From Candidatus Yanofskybacteria bacterium (lineage in GTDB: Bacteria > Patescibacteriota > Minisyncoccia > 2-02-FULL-40-12 > GWA2-44-9): a stretch of DNA of 64,000 nucleotides. The stretch spans positions 9,688-73,687 of the forward strand of contig JADZAY010000008.1 in NCBI GenBank assembly GCA_020852375.1, read 5' to 3'. Every line of letters starts with the position of its first letter. Positions within the stretch are counted from its first letter, which is position 1. Under the pieces are notes generated by a model, which did no database searches, was not told where the DNA came from, and saw only the letters and a program-made list of their open reading frames with translations. Position numbers and translations under genes: made by a program. Below are positions 26,986 to 36,084 of the stretch, piece by piece.

Positions 26986-27184
26986 TGATTCGGTTTCGCC
27001 GCCCTTCTCGGCGGCTTTTTGTTTGGTTCGCGGGAAGGACAAGGGCGAACGGCATTGACTTTTGTATGAAATGATGCTGCCATTAGAAGGCAGGGCGACT
27101 CAGTTCCCGTGCGCTTTGAAAACGGCAAGTCCCGGGCCCGTCATGGTGACGGGTAAGGGATACGCCATAGTTAAGGAGGCGAGC

Positions 27185-27832
27185 ATGGCTCGTCAGAAGA
27201 GCGAGTTCCTGAAAGGGTGGGGGAAGGCCTTCGAGGTGTTCAAGGCCATCGTCGATTCGGTTCTGGCGCTGGGCGGCGGCGATGCCGACCTAGAGCGGGT
27301 CCTCACCGACAAGACCCTACGGACCGAGATCGCCAAGCTTATTGTCGGCACCGCAAAGGTGATCCGTTCCGTCAGCGTTGTCACCGCTCCCGCCGTCGCG
27401 AAATTCGTTGCGCATGACCGCTTCACGGTGAACATCGCTGCGAACCTCCCGGTCCGCATCGGCTACCTCGGCGACAACTTCAAGAAGCACTTCCTGTCCA
27501 AGACGGAGGAGAACGTCGCCCGGGCCGAGCTCACGAGCTTCCAGCTCACCAAGGACTCCCTAGACAGGGACATCTTGGCCCAGCTGGGAGACACGGCCGA
27601 GATCTCCCTGGCCCACCTCTGGTACCTGCTCTCGCTCCAGCCCAACGGCGAGCCAGGCTTCCTGCTCACCAACGGCTACGCCAACATCTTCTACATCCGC
27701 GATGCCTCCGGAATCCTCTGGGCCGTCCGCGCGGACTGGGACGCCGGTTACGGCCACTGGGGTGTGGAGGCGTACTCGGTGTCCGGCCCGGACGGGTGGA
27801 GCGCCGGCCGCCAGGTGGTTTCTCGCGAGTAG
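27185..27832 (+). CDS. Putative DGR variable protein (VR-like C-terminus, template not in window)
   Basis: AAGGAGG SD; C-terminus LWAVRADWDAGYGHWGVEAYSVSGPDGWSAGRQVVSRE, with NNC/NNT codons between invariant-looking W/V/A residues. Confidence 0.7.
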   Translation: MARQKSEFLKGWGKAFEVFKAIVDSVLALGGGDADLERVLTDKTLRTEIAKLIVGTAKVIRSVSVVTAPAVAKFVAHDRFTVNIAANLPVRIGYLGDNFKKHFLSKTEENVARAELTSFQLTKDSLDRDILAQLGDTAEISLAHLWYLLSLQPNGEPGFLLTNGYANIFYIRDASGILWAVRADWDAGYGHWGVEAYSVSGPDGWSAGRQVVSRE

Positions 27833-27861
27833 CGCTTGGGCGCTTTGACTCTCGACTCTCG

Positions 27862-27895
27862 GACCCGGTGCGGTTTATCCGCACCGGGTCTTTTT
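27862..27895 (+). terminator. 12-bp hairpin plus T-tract
   Basis: GACCCGGTGCGG-TTTAT-CCGCACCGGGTC-TTTTT. Confidence 0.75.
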
Positions 27896-27975
27896 GACAC
27901 ACGCTCTGTTGATAACGGACTGTCGTTTCGGGGGAGGGGGATATACAATGAAGGCGTATTCACGTTACTCGTTTT

Positions 27976-28473
27976 ATGTTCACACCCACTAAGTTCCTCC
28001 GGCGTGAGAAGGGCTTCACTCTTGTGGAGCTGTTGGTCGTTATCGCTATCATTGGCGTACTGGCGACGCTGGTACTCCTCCAGCTCGGCACCGCTCGCGC
28101 TCGCGCTCGCGATACCAAGCGCATCACGGATGTGAACCAGATCCGCACGGCGATCGAGCAGTATTTCGAAGACAACGGTGGCGTCTATCCGACCGCGATC
28201 ACTTCGACCGAGATCGGGCGCTATCTCACGCGCGTTCCCGTCGATCCGCTGACCGGTCAGCCGTACGGCTACGCATACAATCCCGCCGCATCACCCTCGC
28301 AGTTCCAGGTGTGGGCGCTTCTTGAGCAGACCGCTGCCGCCTTGAATGGTGACGCCGACATCGACAGTAGTGGGTGGTCGGGGGATACGAATAGCGTGGG
28401 GACTGGAGACTCTGAGTGTGGCAAAGGCGCAAAGGGAAGCACTGTGTGCGTCTACGATCAGGGAATTCAGTAG
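27976..28473 (+). CDS. Type IV pilin (GspG/PilA-like, probable major pilin)
   Basis: KG|FTLVELLVVIAIIGVLA, ARDTKRITD, VPVDP and a C-terminal Cys pair. Confidence 0.9.
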   Translation: MFTPTKFLRREKGFTLVELLVVIAIIGVLATLVLLQLGTARARARDTKRITDVNQIRTAIEQYFEDNGGVYPTAITSTEIGRYLTRVPVDPLTGQPYGYAYNPAASPSQFQVWALLEQTAAALNGDADIDSSGWSGDTNSVGTGDSECGKGAKGSTVCVYDQGIQ

Positions 28474-28536
28474 TTCGCGGATAGTAGCGTGTGCATTCCG
28501 CCCTCCAAAAGGAGGGCGGAATGGTATACTGAGGGC

Positions 28537-29295
28537 ATGGAGATCGTCATCGTTGCACTCGTCGGAATGCTCTTGGGGAGCTTTTTGAGCGTACTCATCG
28601 GACGGTGGCCCCACTGGCGTGGCGTTGCAACGGGCAGGTCGCACTGTCCGAACTGCATGCACACGCTCGCGTGGTATGACCTTATCCCCGTGGCGAGCTG
28701 GGCGTGGTTGCGCGGACGGTGCCGGTATTGCGGCGGCCCGATCTCGCCACTCTACCCGGCGCTCGAGGTGAGCGTTGCGGCTGTTCTCGGAATCGCGGTC
28801 GCGCTTTTTGGGGTCGGTTCGTGGTGGAGCATCATCGGGCTCGTCATATTGTTCGGACTTATCGCGCTCTTCTTTTTCGATCTGATCCACCGGATGCTTC
28901 CCGATGTCATTGTCTATCCGTTGACCGGCGTCGTGCTGTTCCGGATCTTGCTGGAGCGACCCGATCTGTTGGTCAATGCGCTGGCGGCCGGCGTGCTATT
29001 GAGTGCCGCGTTCGGATTGTTGTACCTGCGTTCACGCGGGCGATGGCTTGGGCTCGGCGATGTGAAGCTTGCGTTCACGATCGGCGTATTGTTCGGATAT
29101 CCGATTGCGATCGGCGTCACGTTGGTGGCGATCTGGGTTGGGGCGCTGATGGGCGTTGGATTGATGCTATTCCGGCGGGCGACGATGACCACCGAGCTTC
29201 CGTTCGGGTCGTTCTGGACTGCAGCGGCGATCGTAACGATATTGAGTCCCGGCTGGGTCGCGTATCTTTCGGGCCTTTTGATGCCGGCCTGGTAA
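28537..29295 (+). CDS. pilD: Prepilin peptidase
   Basis: GSFLSV, RSHCPNC, GRCRYC, LGLGDVKL and ELPFG motifs. Confidence 0.93.
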   Translation: MEIVIVALVGMLLGSFLSVLIGRWPHWRGVATGRSHCPNCMHTLAWYDLIPVASWAWLRGRCRYCGGPISPLYPALEVSVAAVLGIAVALFGVGSWWSIIGLVILFGLIALFFFDLIHRMLPDVIVYPLTGVVLFRILLERPDLLVNALAAGVLLSAAFGLLYLRSRGRWLGLGDVKLAFTIGVLFGYPIAIGVTLVAIWVGALMGVGLMLFRRATMTTELPFGSFWTAAAIVTILSPGWVAYLSGLLMPAW

Positions 29296-29302
29296 CAATC
29301 AC

Positions 29303-29839
29303 ATGGGGCATCAGGGACAACAAGGATTCACACTGCTCGAGGTGCTCGTTGTGGCGAGCATCACCGTGTTCATCACCGGGCTTTTGGTCGTGAACTTTTC
29401 TCGGACGCGGGTCGATCTGAATCAAACGATCCTGACGATCCAGGATGCGATACGCGAAGTGCAGGGGCAGGCGCTTTCGGGTTCTCTGGTGCGGGGGACG
29501 CATCGGTGCGGATACGGCATCGTCTTCACTGCGACCGGATACACGCTCTATGCAGGGCCGGACTCCGCGGCGGTGGATTGTGTCGGGGCGCCGCGGACGT
29601 TCGATGCGGGTGCGAGCACGGTCCTTCGCCAGGCACTCCTTGCAAGCAACGTGCTTGAGGTGGTATCTCCGTTGCCGGATATTTACTTCGAGCCGCCGAA
29701 TCCGACCACGTACCTGAACGGAGCGGCGAACCCAGGAGCAACGGCGACGATACTGGTTCGCCGAAAAGGCGCGCAGTGTCCGTCCGCGGATTGCCGTGCG
29801 CTGACCGTGTCATCGTCAGGTCGCATTGAATTGCAATGA
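29303..29839 (+). CDS. Minor pilin (FimT/GspH-like)
   Basis: QG|FTLLEVLVV signal; C-terminal Cys pair then SSGRI. Confidence 0.85.
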   Translation: MGHQGQQGFTLLEVLVVASITVFITGLLVVNFSRTRVDLNQTILTIQDAIREVQGQALSGSLVRGTHRCGYGIVFTATGYTLYAGPDSAAVDCVGAPRTFDAGASTVLRQALLASNVLEVVSPLPDIYFEPPNPTTYLNGAANPGATATILVRRKGAQCPSADCRALTVSSSGRIELQ

Positions 29840-30318
29840 ACAAGCGAGGATTCACATTGGTCGAAGTGTTGGTCGCGTTGGCGCTCCTGAGCGTCGGGTT
29901 GGTGCCCGCATTCATCCAGGCGACAAATGCGCTCATGCTTTCCACTACCGTGCGGAATTCGCTCATCGCCGCGCACCTTGCCCAAGAGGGTGTCGAGGTG
30001 CTGCGCGCTCTGCGAGACGACAACTGGTTTGCCGGGCGCGCATTCGATGCTGGTCTTGATGCGTGCCAGGTGGGATGCATTCTTGCGTGGAATGCCGACA
30101 CGCCCCAGGATGCTGCCGGTAACCTTCCGCTCAAGTTCGATGCCGCGACGGGCATGTATCAGTACGCAACCGGTACGGACTCGCCATTCCGCCGGAAGAT
30201 TACGGTTGCCCACGTTTCTCCCGTCGAGCTTTCCGTGATCAGCGAGGTGACGTGGCGCGAGCGCTCGGTCGACAAGCGGTTCGTCGTAGAATCGCATTTG
30301 TACAACTGGCTCCCATGA
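29836..30318 (+). CDS. Minor pilin (PilV-like)
   Basis: RG|FTLVEVLVAL signal; LAQEGVE. Confidence 0.85.
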   Translation: MNKRGFTLVEVLVALALLSVGLVPAFIQATNALMLSTTVRNSLIAAHLAQEGVEVLRALRDDNWFAGRAFDAGLDACQVGCILAWNADTPQDAAGNLPLKFDAATGMYQYATGTDSPFRRKITVAHVSPVELSVISEVTWRERSVDKRFVVESHLYNWLP

Positions 30319-30890
30319 CGCGAACCACACTTCCGATCTCTGATCCTCAGCCTCAGGAAAAGGGGTTCTCCCTTATCGAGCTGCTGGTCGCCGCGACGAT
30401 CTTTACCTTTGTGGTAACAGGAGTGACCGGGCTCTTCCTGCAAGCGCTCGACCTCCAGCGTCGCGCCTCGGGCATCCAGAAGATCGAGGAGAACGCGCAG
30501 TTTCTGATCGAGTCCATCGCACGCGAGATCCGCGTGAGCCGCATCACGAGTTCCGATTCGATCTGCACGCCGCCGGATCCTGCCACGACTCGAACGCTGG
30601 TGATCGAACATCCCGTGAACGGGACCATCACCTATACCTACGCGAAGGTTGGTGGCGTCGGAGCGGTGATGCGCGATGACGGGAGTGGTCCCCAGCAGGT
30701 CACCGCGAAGGATGTCGACCTCACAGCATTCGCGTTTTGCGTGACCGGATCCGGGCCCGGCGGCAAGCAGGCCCGGGTGACCATTCCCATGACGCTCCGT
30801 TCGACCGCCGGCCGTGCCGGTGCGCAGGTATCAGTGTCGCTGCAGACGACTATCGTCGCCCGGGACCTTTCTCAAGACATTGTTCCATGA
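30315..30890 (+). CDS. Minor pilin (PilW-like)
   Basis: KG|FSLIELLVA signal; IAREIR. Confidence 0.85.
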   Translation: MTRTTLPISDPQPQEKGFSLIELLVAATIFTFVVTGVTGLFLQALDLQRRASGIQKIEENAQFLIESIAREIRVSRITSSDSICTPPDPATTRTLVIEHPVNGTITYTYAKVGGVGAVMRDDGSGPQQVTAKDVDLTAFAFCVTGSGPGGKQARVTIPMTLRSTAGRAGAQVSVSLQTTIVARDLSQDIVP

Positions 30891-31261
30891 ATCACACACG
30901 CGAGCGCCAACGGGGGAGCGTTATCATCTACGCCATGCTGACCATGTCGGTCATGCTGGCGATCGGGCTTACGCTCAACGCGCTATTCATCGGGAAGCTG
31001 CGATCCGCTTCCGCGGCGCGCGATTCGATGGTCGCACTGTACGCCGCCGATAGCGCGGCTGAGCTCTGTCTTATTGAAGCTCGCTCGGCCACCGACCAGC
31101 CGCCCATCACGTTCTCCATGGGGGCCACCTATCAGATCACCGATGTGGGTTCGGGTGCGGATGTGACCGACAACTGCATGGCGCTTGGGAGCGCCTCGTT
31201 CCAATTCCGAGCGGTTGGCCGCTATCGTGGGACCTCTCGGGCGCTAGAGATCAGCCAATAA
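30887..31261 (+). CDS. Minor pilin (PilX-like)
   Basis: QRG|SVIIYAML (no Glu5); ALYAADSAAE. Confidence 0.8.
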   Translation: MNHTRERQRGSVIIYAMLTMSVMLAIGLTLNALFIGKLRSASAARDSMVALYAADSAAELCLIEARSATDQPPITFSMGATYQITDVGSGADVTDNCMALGSASFQFRAVGRYRGTSRALEISQ

Positions 31262-31319
31262 GCATCTGCTCCACGCTCGCACGCGCCTCTCCGATGTGCG
31301 CGGCTCGCGTTGCGCTGGG

Positions 31320-31438
31320 GGACCGCCGTATTCGGCGGTCTTCTGCGTTATCGGCTCCGGTCCTCGCTCACCGTACCTACAGTACGACTCGCTCCGGTTC
31401 TCGCCGATGCCTTGAATCTCATCCAAATACGGCGGTCC
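31320..31438. repeat. Dispersed hairpin element, copy 2
   Basis: 13-bp perfect terminal IR GGACCGCCGTATT/AATACGGCGGTCC. The core matches the reverse complement of 12998-13139. Confidence 0.7.
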
Positions 31439-31479
31439 GAGCTATGACGCACCGCCTTTATTTCTGCTATGATTCGGGC

Positions 31480-33507
31480 ATGGAAAAGGTCGCCGCCCGG
31501 GAGCGCATTGAGAAGCTCCGAAAACTCATTGACCAGTACCGGTACGAGTACCATGTGCTCGACCGGCTTTCGATATCCGAGGACGCTCTGGACTCGCTGA
31601 AAAAGGAGCTGTTCGATCTTGAGCAGGAGCACCCCGAGCTTATTACCCCTGATTCGCCGACCCAACGGGTCGCTGGGAAGCCGCTGGAGGGATTCACGAA
31701 GGTGGAGCATCCCGGGCGGATGATATCGCTGAACGACGCTTTTTCCGAAGCCGACCTTCGGGCCTGGCGCGAGCGGCTGGAGAATTTTCTAGGCGCGCCG
31801 TATCGCGGAGGATTCTACTGCGATCTGAAGATGGACGGGCTGGCTATCGAGCTGCGCTACGAGCGCGGCGTCTTGGTGCAGGCATCGACGCGGGGAGACG
31901 GTATGGTAGGGGAGGATGTGACGCAGAACATTCGTACCGTCGAGGCGGTTCCGCTACGGCTCCGAGATACGGAGCGAAATATTCCCGAGACGCTCCTGGT
32001 CCGCGGCGAGGCGTTTCTCATGAAGAGTGAGTTCGCACGCATCAATGCGGAGTTGGCTGAAAACGGCGAAAAGACATACGCGAATCCGCGAAACCTCGCC
32101 GCCGGCACGATCCGGCAGCTCGATCCCTCGGTGACCGCCGGACGAAAGTTGTCGTTTTACGGATACAGCGTGGTCGCAACCGACGGCGCATACGGGGGAG
32201 ACTTCGCGACGCATGCCGACGAATATGCGGCGTTGCGCGCGTGGGGTGTTCCGGTCAACCCGCACGGCATCGTTGCCGACGACCTCGACGGCGTGCTGGC
32301 GTTCTATCGTGCATGGGAGGAGAAGCGTGACGCGCTGGACTATGAGTTCGACGGCACGGTCATTTCGGTGAACGACAACGAAATCTATCGCCGCGCGGGT
32401 ATTGTGGGGAAGTCGCCGCGTGGGGCCATCGCATTCAAGTTCGCACCGCGGCAGGCGGAGACCGTCGTCGAAGACATTCAAGTGCAGGTCGGGCGGACCG
32501 GCGTGCTCACGCCTGTCGCGCATCTGCGCCCGGTCCACATCGGCGGCACTACGGTGAGCCGCGCGACACTGCACAATCTCGACGAAGTGCGCCGCCTCGA
32601 TGTGCGCATCGGGGATACGGTCATTGTCGGTCGGGCCGGAGATGTGATCCCCGATATCCTCAAATCGTTACCCGAGCTTCGGCCGGCCGGCGCAAAAGAA
32701 TTCTCTATGCCGAAGAAGTGTCCGGTGTGCGGTGCGGCGATCGTCCAGCAGAACGAGCAGGTTGCCTTCGTGTGTCCGAACACGGAGTGCCCCGCAAAGC
32801 AACGGCGGAGCATGTATCACTTCGCCAGTCGGAATGCGCTGAACATCGAAGGGCTGGGGCCGCAGACCCTTGACCAACTGCTCGATGCCGGACTCATCAC
32901 CGATGCCGCCGACCTGTTCGTGCTGACTCCCGAGGATCTTCTGAACCTGGAGGGATTTGCGGATGTTTCGAGCGCGAAGCTTGTTGGATCCATTCGATCG
33001 CGGAAAAAAGTTCCGCTTTCCCGATTCGTGTATGCGTTGGGCATCGAGCATGTGGGGGAGGAGACTGCGCGGGCGCTCGCCCACCATTTCCATACGCTTT
33101 CCGCGCTTGCAGGTGCATCGGAAGGAGAGCTGGTCGCCGTGCCCGATATCGGTCCGGTGGTTGCGCGGAGTATCGCGGAGTGGTTTGCGCGGCCGTACAA
33201 TAAGCAGCTGCTCAAGAAGTTCGACGCTGCGGGAGTGCAGGTGCTTGCCGAGAAAGGTGCGGCAAAAGGAAAGCTGTCCGGTAAAACGTTCGTGGTCACC
33301 GGGACACTGGACTCCATGAGCCGCGAGGAGGCGGAGGAGAAGATTCGCGCCCTGGGCGGGAAAGCGGTGAGCTCGGTGAGCAAGGCAACGACCGCGGTCA
33401 TCGTGGGAACCAATCCGGGTTCCGCAAAGATCGCTGCCGCCCAGAAATACGGCACTGAACAGCTTACCGAGCAAGAATTCCTTGTTCTCGTCCGCCGAAT
33501 ACCGTGA
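31480..33507 (+). CDS. ligA: NAD-dependent DNA ligase
   Basis: LKMDG, STRGDG, RGE, NPRNLAAG, AFKF, Zn finger, HhH and BRCT motifs. Confidence 0.97.
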   Translation: MEKVAARERIEKLRKLIDQYRYEYHVLDRLSISEDALDSLKKELFDLEQEHPELITPDSPTQRVAGKPLEGFTKVEHPGRMISLNDAFSEADLRAWRERLENFLGAPYRGGFYCDLKMDGLAIELRYERGVLVQASTRGDGMVGEDVTQNIRTVEAVPLRLRDTERNIPETLLVRGEAFLMKSEFARINAELAENGEKTYANPRNLAAGTIRQLDPSVTAGRKLSFYGYSVVATDGAYGGDFATHADEYAALRAWGVPVNPHGIVADDLDGVLAFYRAWEEKRDALDYEFDGTVISVNDNEIYRRAGIVGKSPRGAIAFKFAPRQAETVVEDIQVQVGRTGVLTPVAHLRPVHIGGTTVSRATLHNLDEVRRLDVRIGDTVIVGRAGDVIPDILKSLPELRPAGAKEFSMPKKCPVCGAAIVQQNEQVAFVCPNTECPAKQRRSMYHFASRNALNIEGLGPQTLDQLLDAGLITDAADLFVLTPEDLLNLEGFADVSSAKLVGSIRSRKKVPLSRFVYALGIEHVGEETARALAHHFHTLSALAGASEGELVAVPDIGPVVARSIAEWFARPYNKQLLKKFDAAGVQVLAEKGAAKGKLSGKTFVVTGTLDSMSREEAEEKIRALGGKAVSSVSKATTAVIVGTNPGSAKIAAAQKYGTEQLTEQEFLVLVRRIP

Positions 33508-33519
33508 TAGACTTCCGCC

Positions 33520-35688
33520 ATGCCTTCCGAACCGCACCCGAACACCGCTCCGGAATTCAAATCCGTCCGCGAAGAACACCGCGCTCTGCGTAAGGTCCAG
33601 AAGAGCATGGCTGAACACGGAGCGGTACCCGAAGACCTGGCCGCGGAGCTGGAATCGCTCAAACAGCGAGCCCGCGATCTTGTTGCGCAAGCCGGAGGAT
33701 TCTGGGAGTTGCGGAAACAGCGGCGGGAGACCGAATCTCTGCGGCCAATCGTTCGCTCCGTTTCGTCCGGCCGCGCCGAACTCCGCCGGCGAGCGTTTCA
33801 GATCGCCCGTGCATCGGCACAGCACGGCATGACGGCGTGGGCGGAGCGCGCCCTTGCCGCCCTGGACACCGACCTTCGCGCAATGGACGAGCAGATCGAG
33901 AAGCTCCGGCAGGACCCGGAATCCGCCGTCCAGCTCCGGATGATCGAACTCTCCGGCTGGCGCGACCAACTTCAGGAAGGGTACGCAGCCACGCAATCCC
34001 GCCAAGAGCACCTGGACCGCATGCAGGAGCTCATCCAGGCCGGCAAGCCCATCTTCCTGAAGGGACCCACCGGCACGGGGAAAACGGAGCTGGCCCGCAG
34101 GCTCGTACACGAGCTGTACGGAAAAGACCCTGAAATCGTCCGCGGCAACCCGAACGTGCAGGAGTGGACCATGATCGGGCAGGTGGGGCTCCGGGCAACC
34201 GAGCAGGGAGCAACCGAAACGGTGTTCGACCCCGGTCCGGTCATCCGAGCCATGACCCGGGGCATTCCCGTCGTCATCGACGAGTTCAACCAGATCGATC
34301 CGCAGGTCCGATTCGTGCTCAAGGAGCTGTACAACCGCAGGCCGGGCGACTGCGTGCAGGTGCCGAACAACGGAACGCACTGCATCGAGGACGGATTTGC
34401 CATTATCGTGACTGCCAACCTGGGCAGCCGCTACGAGAAGGCGCGGTTCCCGTTGGACGATGCCGAAGAGCGGGTGTTCCTGGATTGCACCGTGGATGTC
34501 GGCTACCTCCCGCCCCACGAACTCTACGACCTCTGCCTGGCATCGCTTATTGCGGTGCGCGGCCAGGCACCGGTGAGCGCGGCGGAGGCGGCGGACGTCC
34601 TGAAGCGGTACTGCGACGCCGTCAGCGAGATCGACCGCATCTACACGGACGGCACGAGCGCATTCGATCTGGAGGGCAAGGCATCCCGCGGCGTCAAACA
34701 GGCGCTGGAGAAAACCGTCATCGATCCCGGTCTCGCGCTCCGCCTGGTCCGCGACTACGCGGTCGCCGGCTCGCGCGCCGCATCGCTGGCGGAACACCTC
34801 GCGCGCCGCGTCACCGACCTCCTGGTGAACCTCAACAACGACAACGACCGCAACCTCATGGCGAAGGTGTTTTCCCAGTTCGGCATCATCACCGTCCCGA
34901 TCGGCGATCTCGCCGCGACTGCCGCCACCCGCACGGTGCTCTCCTCCGCGCCGCTGCCGGCATCGGAGCGCGGCAGTATCCCGCTCCGCGACGCGGCACT
35001 CCTGGACCCGTACCGCCGCCGCGCCGCGTCCCTGGAAGCGGATGCGGAATCGCTGGGAGTGTCCCGGGTCAAGCCACCGGACACAATCATCCCCGGCGGT
35101 TCGCCGGAGCGCGCATCCGCCGCGGTGACCGCCTTCCTCCGCGACACGTTCCAGAACGCCTGGAGCTACACTCCGAAGCAGCTCGCGATCGCGGAGCAGA
35201 ATCTGAAGCCCGAATTCGTCGCTCCCTCCGTTGTGGACTACGCCGCGCGCAAAGCCGATGTCAATGCGGCGCAATCCGGCCAGTACACCCTGAACCCCGA
35301 AACCGTCGGCATCGACTGGGATTCCCTGACTCCCGAGCAGATCGCCGAACGGACCGAGATCGTCGACCTCAACGCCGATCCCGTATTCGCGAAGCTCGCA
35401 GACAAATCGCTCGCTTCCGTTGCCGACTTCGTTACCCGTACCTACGGCTCCGCCCGTCTCCCCGGTCTGGAGCTGGAACGGCGCCTCTACGCGCTCGGCA
35501 ACCAGGCTCCCGCCGCCTTCAAAGAGGTCGGCGCGTATGTATTTTTCTTCGGATCGCTTATCCGGAACGCCAACGGCTACTGGAATGTGCCGTATGCGTA
35601 CTGGGGCGGTGCGGGGTGGTTTCGGGGCGGCTACTGGCTTGAGAATGGCTGGAATGCCGATTGCCGCCTCGTCCTCGTGAAGAGATAG
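33520..35688 (+). CDS. DGR target protein: coiled coil + MoxR/AAA_5-like AAA+ ATPase + C-terminal variable domain
   Basis: Walker A GPTGTGKT, Walker B VVIDEFN, sensor-1 TAN. The last ~43 codons contain the VR. Confidence 0.9.
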   Translation: MPSEPHPNTAPEFKSVREEHRALRKVQKSMAEHGAVPEDLAAELESLKQRARDLVAQAGGFWELRKQRRETESLRPIVRSVSSGRAELRRRAFQIARASAQHGMTAWAERALAALDTDLRAMDEQIEKLRQDPESAVQLRMIELSGWRDQLQEGYAATQSRQEHLDRMQELIQAGKPIFLKGPTGTGKTELARRLVHELYGKDPEIVRGNPNVQEWTMIGQVGLRATEQGATETVFDPGPVIRAMTRGIPVVIDEFNQIDPQVRFVLKELYNRRPGDCVQVPNNGTHCIEDGFAIIVTANLGSRYEKARFPLDDAEERVFLDCTVDVGYLPPHELYDLCLASLIAVRGQAPVSAAEAADVLKRYCDAVSEIDRIYTDGTSAFDLEGKASRGVKQALEKTVIDPGLALRLVRDYAVAGSRAASLAEHLARRVTDLLVNLNNDNDRNLMAKVFSQFGIITVPIGDLAATAATRTVLSSAPLPASERGSIPLRDAALLDPYRRRAASLEADAESLGVSRVKPPDTIIPGGSPERASAAVTAFLRDTFQNAWSYTPKQLAIAEQNLKPEFVAPSVVDYAARKADVNAAQSGQYTLNPETVGIDWDSLTPEQIAERTEIVDLNADPVFAKLADKSLASVADFVTRTYGSARLPGLELERRLYALGNQAPAAFKEVGAYVFFFGSLIRNANGYWNVPYAYWGGAGWFRGGYWLENGWNADCRLVLVKR
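35557..35677 (+). repeat. DGR variable repeat (VR)
   Basis: 121-bp ungapped match to TR with 10 mismatches, all opposite TR adenines. Confidence 0.96.
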
Positions 35689-35960
35689 CTCGTTGTGCTT
35701 GATCCGTTGTGATGATTCTTGATCTGTTGGTGGTTGGTCTGCGCCGCGAATATCGGCAGGCCGGATGTTCCCGTCTGCCGCGGCGTCGAGACGAATGACT
35801 CCCGAATGCGGTCTGCCAGCGCTCGCCGCAGTGCGGGTCATGCACATCGTGACGATACGAAGCGCGTCTGCGTAAGATGCCAGGGCATTGCGATGCCGAA
35901 TCAGATTCAGCCCCGAGGAAGGAGAACCAAGGGGCGGTGACACGGAAGGCATTCTGCGCT

Positions 35961-36081
35961 CATATCCGGAACGCCAACGGCAACTGGAATGTGCCGTATG
36001 CGAACTGGGACGGTACGGGGTGGAATCGGAACGGCAACTGGCTTGAGAATGGCTGGAATGCCGATTGCCGCCTCGTCCTCG
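35961..36081 (+). ncRNA. DGR template repeat (TR)
   Basis: Intergenic copy of VR with 10 AAC/AAT codons in the VR frame and 27 adenines. Confidence 0.95.
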
Positions 36082-36084
36082 CCG

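Noticed and set aside
32668-35952. 1094-aa minus-strand ORF
   Set aside because: Antisense shadow of ligA and the DGR target, expected from GC-rich codon bias; no recognisable motifs.
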